Positions 17,036 to 23,058 of a stretch of 37,134 bases of DNA are shown in pieces. The position numbers were made by a program, and so were the translations under genes. Location of the stretch: positions 1 through 37,134 of the IMG/VR virus record IMGVR_UViG_3300004241_000028, one strand, 5' to 3'. How positions within the stretch are numbered: the stretch's first letter is position 1; the number at the start of each line of letters is the position of its first letter. Under the pieces are notes generated by a model. The model was not told the origin of the DNA. It made no database searches and was given only the letters and a program-made list of their open reading frames with translations. This DNA comes from a virus. Lineage: Duplodnaviria > Caudoviricetes.

Positions 17036-17235
17036 GGCTCGTATTCCTTCATGATCTCATAGACCGCCACTCCCTGCTCGATGCGGGCCAGCTTGCTCAG
17101 GGCCACCCGCGGCCACCTCGTCAGGAAGTCGTCGACCATGATCTCCGCTATCGCCCGGTTGCTGGTCGAATGGGACTCCTTGATAGTGCGATCCTCGTAG
17201 CCGTCGATGGTGAACTTCGGGGATGCCATTACCAT
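17032..17235 (-). CDS. Hypothetical protein
   Basis: 67 aa, coupled to neighbours. Confidence 0.55.
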   Translation of the reverse strand: MVMASPKFTIDGYEDRTIKESHSTSNRAIAEIMVDDFLTRWPRVALSKLARIEQGVAVYEIMKEYEP

Positions 17236-17360
17236 TCCCCCTTGCGGCGGGCTTCGGCTTCGTCCTCGCGTCGCATCTCCGCACGGGCCAGGATTTCAGC
17301 CTCGTCCTCTGATTCAGACGGGTAATCGATGTCCGGCGGGTTCAGGTAGTTCTCTGTCAT
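17229..17360 (-). CDS. Small acidic first gene of the leftward arm, 43 aa (not in ORF track)
   Basis: MTENYLNPPDIDYPSESEDEAEILARAEMRREDEAEARRKGEW; GGAGGA RBS just after the promoter. Confidence 0.6.
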   Translation of the reverse strand: MTENYLNPPDIDYPSESEDEAEILARAEMRREDEAEARRKGEW

Positions 17361-17378
17361 ATCGTCCTCCATGCACAT

Positions 17379-17407
17379 ACTCTATACCCTCATTGTCATG
17401 GCGTCAA
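17379..17407 (-). promoter_or_regulatory. Leftward promoter of the divergent control region
   Basis: TTGACG-17 nt-TAGAGT. Confidence 0.65.
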
Positions 17408-17508
17408 GCATTATATTGCAATATATTCATGTATAGTAGTCTGTATAGTATAAATCGTAAAAATAATCGAAAAATCGTCTTTTTATTGCATTTTAATGAT
17501 TTTACCCC

Positions 17509-17537
17509 TTGCATTGCTATGCGCTTAGGTATATACT
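17509..17537 (+). promoter_or_regulatory. Rightward early promoter with an AT-rich upstream (UP-like) tract
   Basis: TTGCAT-17 nt-TATACT. Confidence 0.7.
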
Positions 17538-17570
17538 CTTATTATCACGATGAGAGATAGGAGATACAAC

Positions 17571-17741
17571 ATGCAGGACATTATCAGGAACGTAAACGGA
17601 AAGATGCCGATGGTAGTGATAGCCGAGCGCGAGATTGACGGACAGCTTTACTATCAGGTAAAGGGAGTAAATCCGGCGAATCTGAACGAAACGGCACCCG
17701 GCGAGTTCGCGGTTCTAGCGGCCAACACGGTAAAATACTGA
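17571..17741 (+). CDS. Small early protein (start MQDIIRNV)
   Basis: AGGAG RBS before ATG 17571. Confidence 0.65.
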   Translation: MQDIIRNVNGKMPMVVIAEREIDGQLYYQVKGVNPANLNETAPGEFAVLAANTVKY

Positions 17742-17746
17742 ACACC

Positions 17747-17768
17747 GGCGGGGCTTCGGCCCCGCTTT
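17747..17768 (+). terminator. cUUCGg hairpin after the first early gene
   Basis: GGCGGGGC-TTCG-GCCCCGCT followed by a short T tract. Confidence 0.55.
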
Positions 17769-17783
17769 GAAAGGATGGAAAGC

Positions 17784-17969
17784 ATGAACGTAGACAAGGC
17801 GATTAACTTTTGGATGCGCGGGATTGATTGGTGCGTGGCAAAATGCGGCAAGAAATGGGTATTGCTCGATTGCTTTGGCAACTTCCCGCTTTTCAATACA
17901 AAGAAGGCGGCATATGAAGCGGCCACGGCGTTCGTGATGCTGAAGCAAGAGGAAAGGATGGAAGCATGA
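17784..17969 (+). CDS. Small early protein
   Basis: ORF with AGGATGG upstream; ATGA overlap downstream. Confidence 0.6.
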   Translation: MNVDKAINFWMRGIDWCVAKCGKKWVLLDCFGNFPLFNTKKAAYEAATAFVMLKQEERMEA

Positions 17970-18118
17970 ACGATGAATCAAAGGCGGCCGCGATCCTTGG
18001 CCGCAAAGGCGGATTGGTCAAGAGCGAGCGCAAGGCAAAGTCAAGCGCGGAGAATGGCAAAAAAGGCGGACGGCCGCGCAAGGTCGTTGACAATCAGGCA
18101 AAGGAAGGGCAAGTATGA
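17966..18118 (+). CDS. Small basic KGG/GRP-motif protein, 50 aa (not in ORF track)
   Basis: MNDESKAAAILGRKGGLVKSERKAKSSAENGKKGGRPRKVVDNQAKEGQV; ATGA overlaps at both ends. Confidence 0.7.
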   Translation: MNDESKAAAILGRKGGLVKSERKAKSSAENGKKGGRPRKVVDNQAKEGQV

Positions 18119-18225
18119 ACGCGATAATGCGACGATCCGGCAACTGGTACGTCAAGAGCATCGGGCTATGGCACTTTGCCGGGAGCCTGGCAAAGGCGTT
18201 GGAATACGCGGGGAGGATGAAATGA
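18115..18225 (+). CDS. Small hypothetical protein, 36 aa
   Basis: MNAIMRRSGNWYVKSIGLWHFAGSLAKALEYAGRMK; ATGA overlaps at both ends. Confidence 0.55.
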   Translation: MNAIMRRSGNWYVKSIGLWHFAGSLAKALEYAGRMK

Positions 18226-18518
18226 TAGATAAAACTGGAGGGCCTGCGTTTCCGGCATTTATAAGCGGGCATACTGCGGTTGATTTAGTCAACTTTAATT
18301 CCACAAGCGGATTATCACTCCGCGATTATTTCGCGGTGCATGCTTCTGATGCTGATATCGATGCGGTTCTTGACGAAAAGGGCAAAGTTGGATTTAAGGT
18401 ATGGCGGTCTCAGGCTCGTTATATTTTTGCCGACGCCATGCTATATGCCAGAAACTGCGAAGGTGGCGGGATTGATGGGATGACGTCCGACTACATGATA
18501 GAGGAGCGTGCAAAATGA
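18222..18518 (+). CDS. Conserved phage hypothetical protein (GGPAFP...SLRDYFA...ADAML family)
   Basis: Real start at MIDKTGGPAFP after GGAGG; motif common in phage early regions. Confidence 0.75.
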   Translation: MIDKTGGPAFPAFISGHTAVDLVNFNSTSGLSLRDYFAVHASDADIDAVLDEKGKVGFKVWRSQARYIFADAMLYARNCEGGGIDGMTSDYMIEERAK

Positions 18519-18694
18519 GCTTAACTCATATAGAACTTATTGGTTCCGATAAAAATGATTCTATTACAATTCTAGTCAATAGAAAATCAGGAGTTTATTC
18601 CATAGCTTCAAAAGGTGAGTTTTTTGGAATGATAAAACGCTTAAACGTTTGTGATCATGATGACGACTGGGAGGATAGCCATGATATCACTTGA
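18515..18694 (+). CDS. AT-rich small hypothetical protein, 59 aa
   Basis: MSLTHIELIGSDKND...; GAGGAG RBS; ATGA overlap. Confidence 0.5.
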   Translation: MSLTHIELIGSDKNDSITILVNRKSGVYSIASKGEFFGMIKRLNVCDHDDDWEDSHDIT

Positions 18695-18745
18695 ATACGC
18701 GGGGAGCCTCAAGCGGGCCGTGGAAATGGCGGGGAGGGTGCAAAT

Positions 18746-19036
18746 ATGAGCGAGCATACCAAAGGGCCGTGGACTGATTACGGATATTCTACTGGCGATA
18801 TTTATGGCACATGGCCAGACGATGGAAGTTACCATCAACCTATTATTGAGTGTGACAGCGGAGTATATGGCCCATATGGAGCTGATCGTTCGCTAATTTT
18901 ATCCGCGCCGGATATGTACGAGGCGCTGAAAGAGGCGTTGGCAGTTATCAGACATGATGGGCATGAAACTGGCGTAGAGCGCGATGCTTACGACCTCATC
19001 GAGATGGCAATAGCAAAAGCGGAGGGGAAATCATGA
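18746..19036 (+). CDS. Conserved phage hypothetical protein (HTKGPW...LI..APDMYEAL family)
   Basis: Motif pattern; GGAGG RBS. Confidence 0.75.
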   Translation: MSEHTKGPWTDYGYSTGDIYGTWPDDGSYHQPIIECDSGVYGPYGADRSLILSAPDMYEALKEALAVIRHDGHETGVERDAYDLIEMAIAKAEGKS

Positions 19037-19191
19037 GCACCTGCATATACTACCGCCATGGCCGATGCGACAATGCACAGCGATGCCAGTACAAGCTGCT
19101 CGCCAAGGACGGGGCTAGACAGTGCCAGAAATCAGGAGACCTGCCCGATATGGACAAGTCAAGCGAGCACTTCAAAAAGGTTGAGGATTGA
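19033..19191 (+). CDS. Small Cys-rich protein, 52 aa (not in ORF track)
   Basis: MSTCIYYRHGRCDNAQRCQYKLL..RQC; GGAGG RBS; ATGA overlap; ends at the terminator. Confidence 0.55.
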   Translation: MSTCIYYRHGRCDNAQRCQYKLLAKDGARQCQKSGDLPDMDKSSEHFKKVED

Positions 19192-19194
19192 AAC

Positions 19195-19220
19195 AAGGCC
19201 CGGCGTTGACCGGGCTTTTA
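19195..19220. terminator. Bidirectional intrinsic terminator between the early arm and the lysis island
   Basis: AAGGCCCGG-CGTTGA-CCGGGCTTTT at a convergence point. Confidence 0.7.
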
Positions 19221-19221
19221 T

Positions 19222-19290
19222 ATTCCCCCTGCCGGGATCGAACCGGCTGCCCCTGCGTCGATATGACTGGCATGATGCACGGCGGGGGCA
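19222..19290 (-). other. tRNA-like element (intact T-arm, non-canonical remainder)
   Basis: GCCGG-TTCGATC-CCGGC followed by AGGGGGA, which can pair with a 5' GCCCCCG; no canonical anticodon arm or CCA. Confidence 0.4.
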
Positions 19291-19294
19291 TGGT

Positions 19295-19588
19295 TCAGAC
19301 TTTGATCTTGATAATCTTAATCTTGAGCATCCACGCTATCGCAATCTCGATCCGTGCACCGCGTGACCATATCCACCCCGGAAGGGCCGCCACGGCCTCG
19401 CATTTGAGCATAGCGGGGATATCTTCGAGCATATAGTCAATCCACTTCTTGCCGGGATGGTACGGTGATACGTCGAATGGGGATACCGGGTCGAAGCCTA
19501 GCCCTTGGATGATTATTCCCGCCTTGTCGAACGCTTCCCGGTTGAAGTCTTTACGCCCGGTGATCGGGCCGGAGATGTAGATTTTCAA
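19295..19588 (-). CDS. DUF4406 / nucleoside deoxyribosyltransferase-like protein
   Basis: KIYISGPITG..N..AF, W.DYM..DI..MLKCEAVAALPGW..SRGARIE..IA. Confidence 0.85.
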   Translation of the reverse strand: MKIYISGPITGRKDFNREAFDKAGIIIQGLGFDPVSPFDVSPYHPGKKWIDYMLEDIPAMLKCEAVAALPGWIWSRGARIEIAIAWMLKIKIIKIKV

Positions 19589-19598
19589 TTGATACCTT

Positions 19599-20009
19599 TC
19601 AATGGTTCCCAGCTGTTCCTGTTTTCTTTTCGTATGATCGCATTCCCGAAAGCCCGAGTATTCCCGTGATAACCGGCCAAAGGTCTGACATATCGGCCTC
19701 GACTATCGGAATTCCGAATGCCTTGAGGATCGGGTTGACAAGATAAATCATCGCCACTACTACCACACCGAGCCAACCGAATGCGGGACGCCACCCCGCG
19801 ACGAAGAAGCTCGCGCTTGACGCCTCGACCTTGTTTATCTCGGCCTGTGCGTTTCTGGCAGCATTCTCGAACTCGACCATCTTCAGTTCAAGTTCTGCCT
19901 TTTTCTCGGCGCTGATGTCTCCGGTGATCGCAGAGCGCATGTCGCCAGCGAACTTGCCCGCGCCGGAAAATATCTCCCCTATTCCCTTCAGGTCTATGCC
20001 TACTCCCAT
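19599..20009 (-). CDS. Holin (3TM / GTA-type holin family)
   Basis: EINKVEA.S.SFFVAGWRPAFGW, TM helices, GILGLSGMRSYEK. Confidence 0.85.
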   Translation of the reverse strand: MGVGIDLKGIGEIFSGAGKFAGDMRSAITGDISAEKKAELELKMVEFENAARNAQAEINKVEASSASFFVAGWRPAFGWLGVVVVAMIYLVNPILKAFGIPIVEADMSDLWPVITGILGLSGMRSYEKKTGTAGNH

Positions 20010-20018
20010 GGTTTCCCC

Positions 20019-20477
20019 CTATGCTTCATACGCGATCATAACGCAGTTCCCATACCCCGGATCGTTCTCCATGATCTTGACGACCTTCCCCGGCATGGAA
20101 CGATTCCAGTATATTCGGAAGTGCTCGGCCGTCTGGTGGCGATCCTCCGGCACGAGGTCAAAGGCGCAGTGAATCTTGTTATAGATTTTGAAGTATTCGA
20201 TATCGGCGTAGAACGTGGTTATGAAACAATCGACTCGGAATAGCTCCTTGTCGATGAAAAGTACAAGCTGCTTTGCCGATGGCCGGGGGCTTCCGTTCGC
20301 CACGTCGTCAAGGGTATACCGGCCCTTCTGCTCTTCCTCAACAACGTCAAGGTGGAGATGCGCCCCGGACCCGCTCCCGGTGTTCCCCATGACGCCGATA
20401 ATGTCGCCGCGGTGGATAATCTGGCCCGGACGTAGCGTCGTCTCCGCAAGGTGGGCCAAGCGGGATGTATAAATCAT
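20019..20477 (-). CDS. Endolysin, M23 family peptidase, circularly permuted
   Basis: AHL...GQII.RGDIIG.MGNTG.G.GAHLH at the N-terminus; ITTFY...HCAFD...GKVV...GYGNCVMI at the C-terminus; adjacent to the holin. Confidence 0.85.
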   Translation of the reverse strand: MIYTSRLAHLAETTLRPGQIIHRGDIIGVMGNTGSGSGAHLHLDVVEEEQKGRYTLDDVANGSPRPSAKQLVLFIDKELFRVDCFITTFYADIEYFKIYNKIHCAFDLVPEDRHQTAEHFRIYWNRSMPGKVVKIMENDPGYGNCVMIAYEA

Positions 20478-20791
20478 GTCTCTATCCTTGCCCGACCGAG
20501 TAGGAAATCGTCATATCGTATTTTTGCGTCTCGGGTTGTCTTTAGTGCCGCGTCTACGTTTCCATTGCAAATACCTTTTTGTGCTTCCAGGATGGCGATA
20601 AGCGCCTGCGTCTGCGGGCCTTGCATCTCCATAAGCGCGTTGACGGCTGGAACCATCTGCTCGATTGCCTGCGATTCAGGGGATCGGATTGTAACCCGCT
20701 TTCGTACCGCCGTTGCCATAAGCCCGTATATTCCTGTCACGATAAGCCCGATCAATACTCCAAGCGCTATGCTTATCAATCCAGAATCCAT
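20474..20791 (-). CDS. Single-TM lysis-cassette protein (antiholin, holin-like or i-spanin-like)
   Basis: N-terminal TM helix then helical soluble domain; first gene of the lysis island, ATGA overlap with the endolysin. Confidence 0.65.
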   Translation of the reverse strand: MDSGLISIALGVLIGLIVTGIYGLMATAVRKRVTIRSPESQAIEQMVPAVNALMEMQGPQTQALIAILEAQKGICNGNVDAALKTTRDAKIRYDDFLLGRARIET

Positions 20792-20823
20792 GCAGGCACC
20801 CCCAATAGTATCGTACTCGCTCT

Positions 20824-20852
20824 AATATACTCCCGATGGTACCGTCGCGCAA
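20824..20852 (-). promoter_or_regulatory. Promoter for the lysis island
   Basis: TTGCGC-17 nt-TATATT. Confidence 0.5.
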
Positions 20853-20867
20853 TATGCTATTTAGGGC

Positions 20868-20896
20868 TTGCAATGTAATCAAGATTGTGATAATGT
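20868..20896 (+). promoter_or_regulatory. Rightward promoter for the RHH operon
   Basis: TTGCAA-17 nt-TAATGT with TGn extension. Confidence 0.5.
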
Positions 20897-20970
20897 AATG
20901 GCCTCTGATTTCTAACATACCCGCGCATGGTCGTTGGCCCTCTGCGCGGGAACTTTTGAAAGGGGATACC

Positions 20971-21153
20971 ATGGGAACAGTTACGAAAAGCGATAGCGGA
21001 GAGAAGCTCGTCGAGAGGATCGTGGTCCTGACCACCGTCGACCAGAAGGCCCGGTTTGTGGCCATGTGCGGCTTGCGTGGGATCAATCCGAGCGAGCACG
21101 TGCGCGGGCTCATCGAGGCCGACATAGCGGCGTTCAAGGCCAAGAAGAAGTAG
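20971..21153 (+). CDS. Ribbon-helix-helix (Arc/CopG-like) regulator
   Basis: Beta strand RIVVLTT, helix DQKARFVAMCGLRG, INPSEHVRGLIE; AGGGG RBS before ATG 20971. Confidence 0.7.
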   Translation: MGTVTKSDSGEKLVERIVVLTTVDQKARFVAMCGLRGINPSEHVRGLIEADIAAFKAKKK

Positions 21154-21159
21154 CCGACG

Positions 21160-21450
21160 ATGGTCAAGGACAGACTCGAAGATCAGGCCGAGCATCCCCG
21201 CGACCATGCGGCGGATGCCCTGGCCGTTGACGTTTTTGCTCTGGACATGAAGCGCAAGCTCGCGGCGAACGTCCATAAAAAGCACTGGGACGAGGTTCCC
21301 ATGATCTACCTTTATCAGCGGATGCTCGAAGAAGAGGAAGAGCTTTATACCGAGCTCAAGGAAGGCAATGTCCAGTCGATCATCGACGAAGCCGCCGACG
21401 TTGCCAACTTCGCCATGATGTTGGCAGACCGTGCCCGCCGTGGCCTTTGA
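21160..21450 (+). CDS. MazG-like all-alpha nucleotide pyrophosphohydrolase-type protein
   Basis: RMLEEEEEL...DEAADVANFAMML. Confidence 0.7.
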   Translation: MVKDRLEDQAEHPRDHAADALAVDVFALDMKRKLAANVHKKHWDEVPMIYLYQRMLEEEEELYTELKEGNVQSIIDEAADVANFAMMLADRARRGL

Positions 21451-21811
21451 CGATCCGCTCGAAGCGGCGATACAGATACAGCTCGTCGAATATCTTTCGC
21501 TCGTGGCCCCGCAAAGGGGCTTTTTGGTCTTCGCCGTTCCAAACGAGGGCATGGGCAAGGCTCAATCAGGCGCCGGAATGGGCCGCATGATGAAGCTGCG
21601 CCGCATGGGTCTACGTTCAGGCGTTGCCGACCTTGTTATCGTCAAGGATGGCCGCACCTACTTCCTTGAGATGAAGCGGCGCAATGGGAAGCAATCGGTG
21701 AACCAGTTATATTTTGAGGCCGACGCGATCCGGGCGGGGGCAGAATACGCCGTGGCGCATAGCTTCGACGAGGCGGTTAACGTCCTGAAATCATGGCTAA
21801 TAATCGCTTGA
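21431..21811 (+). CDS. VRR-NUC domain nuclease (Holliday junction resolvase-like)
   Basis: E..IQ, FAVPNEG, GLRSGVADL, FLEMK..GKQS.NQ. Confidence 0.88.
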   Translation: MPAVAFDDPLEAAIQIQLVEYLSLVAPQRGFLVFAVPNEGMGKAQSGAGMGRMMKLRRMGLRSGVADLVIVKDGRTYFLEMKRRNGKQSVNQLYFEADAIRAGAEYAVAHSFDEAVNVLKSWLIIA

Positions 21812-21835
21812 CATTGCATTACAATGGTATATAAT
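21808..21835 (+). promoter_or_regulatory. Sigma70-type promoter with consensus boxes
   Basis: TTGACA-16 nt-TATAAT, then AAGGAG RBS. Confidence 0.75.
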
Positions 21836-21852
21836 GATGGCAAGGAGCGAAT

Positions 21853-22296
21853 ATGATAGTCAACATCCTGATTCTTGCTGTAGCGGCGATCTTCTCCGCC
21901 TACGTAATCTACTCGGCCTGTCGCAAGTACATTGGCCGCAACCCGCAAGCCCCGAGCGCATGGACACGGCTCAAGGCGTGGTGGCCCGGTTTCGTCAAGC
22001 GGAACATAAACGACGATGATCCGTATGATGATGAAAGCCACGCGGCGACGAGATACAGGCATGGCGATTATATTGACTGGGCAACCATACCGGATAAATA
22101 TAAAGTAGTCGTACTTCAAGGACCGGGGTGGTATGCTGGTGAAGGCGCGGCGCGCATGTTTCAGGATATGACGCTTGTTTCTTGCGCCGATGATGATATG
22201 TGGGACGGGACGGGCGGGGATGACGTACCAGATGATGCCATCATCGGCCCGCTTCCCCCGTGGCGCGAATCGCTCCGCAAGAGGCCCGGGAAATGA
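21853..22296 (+). CDS. Membrane-anchored hypothetical protein
   Basis: N-terminal TM; C-terminal IDW..IPD.Y...PWRESLRKRP pattern. Confidence 0.65.
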   Translation: MIVNILILAVAAIFSAYVIYSACRKYIGRNPQAPSAWTRLKAWWPGFVKRNINDDDPYDDESHAATRYRHGDYIDWATIPDKYKVVVLQGPGWYAGEGAARMFQDMTLVSCADDDMWDGTGGDDVPDDAIIGPLPPWRESLRKRPGK

Positions 22297-22766
22297 AGCC
22301 CCTTGCCCTGTTGTTGCTTCTCGCCTGTATCCCTATTCACGCCGAGCAAGCCCGGTCGTTTTCAATCTACGACGCGGCGGTGTTGGGCACGGACATACCG
22401 GCCGAGCTGTTCCGGGCGCTTGCCATGGCCGAGAGCGGAGAGCGAGACAGCGCGACAGGCGACGACGGGGCGAGCATCGGGCGGTTCCAGCTTAACGAAA
22501 GGTTCAGGACCGAGCGGGTCAGGCTATACGGGGAGTACGATCCACGCGACCCGATACAGGCCGGGCGCGTTGCGGCGCAGATACTACAGGCGCATTACGA
22601 GCGGTTCCATTCGTGGCCGCTTGCTCTGACCGCCTACAACGCCGGGGCCGGTTACACGATCAAGCACGGTATACGATGGGCCTACGTGGATCGGGTCCAG
22701 ATGATGCTTGAACGCATAGGATCGCGGTTCCAGATTATCACATGTGCACGGGGAATAATCATATGA
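22293..22766 (+). CDS. Lytic transglycosylase (SLT) with signal peptide (start MKPLALLLL)
   Basis: ALAMAES catalytic Glu, IGRFQL, ALTAYNAG, YV..V; hydrophobic signal ending IHA|EQ. Confidence 0.85.
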   Translation: MKPLALLLLLACIPIHAEQARSFSIYDAAVLGTDIPAELFRALAMAESGERDSATGDDGASIGRFQLNERFRTERVRLYGEYDPRDPIQAGRVAAQILQAHYERFHSWPLALTAYNAGAGYTIKHGIRWAYVDRVQMMLERIGSRFQIITCARGIII

Positions 22767-23014
22767 GCAAGAGCCGCAAGAAAACCGCTGCGATCCTGTA
22801 CCCGCCTGACGTTTCCGAGCGGCCGCAAGAATACTGTCACGGCAAGCTCTGCCTGTCGGAACGCGAAGCCCACGCGAGGATCAATGGCACCAAGCGGCGG
22901 CAACATAGCAACTCGTCGAAGATGATCCCGAAGCGTGTCTATCTCTGCCCCGATTGCGGATGCTACCACTTGACTCACTTGGCAAAGTATGACGAGCCGT
23001 ATGATTACGATTGA
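22763..23014 (+). CDS. Small Zn-binding phage protein
   Basis: C.GK..LSE.EA...RVYLCPDCGCYHLT motif; ATGA overlap. Confidence 0.7.
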   Translation: MSKSRKKTAAILYPPDVSERPQEYCHGKLCLSEREAHARINGTKRRQHSNSSKMIPKRVYLCPDCGCYHLTHLAKYDEPYDYD

Positions 23015-23039
23015 CGGCTTTATGATATTGTAATACAAT
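23011..23039 (+). promoter_or_regulatory. Promoter for the helicase-methyltransferase gene
   Basis: TTGACG-17 nt-TACAAT; AAGGAG RBS. Confidence 0.7.
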
Positions 23040-23058
23040 CACGCTACAAGGAGATTAT

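Noticed and set aside
17973-18221. First 83 aa of ORF 17973..18518
   Set aside because: Better explained by two small coupled genes in other frames, plus a start at 18222
19222-19290. Functional tRNA gene
   Set aside because: No canonical D or anticodon arm, mismatched acceptor ends, no CCA; kept only as a tRNA-like element
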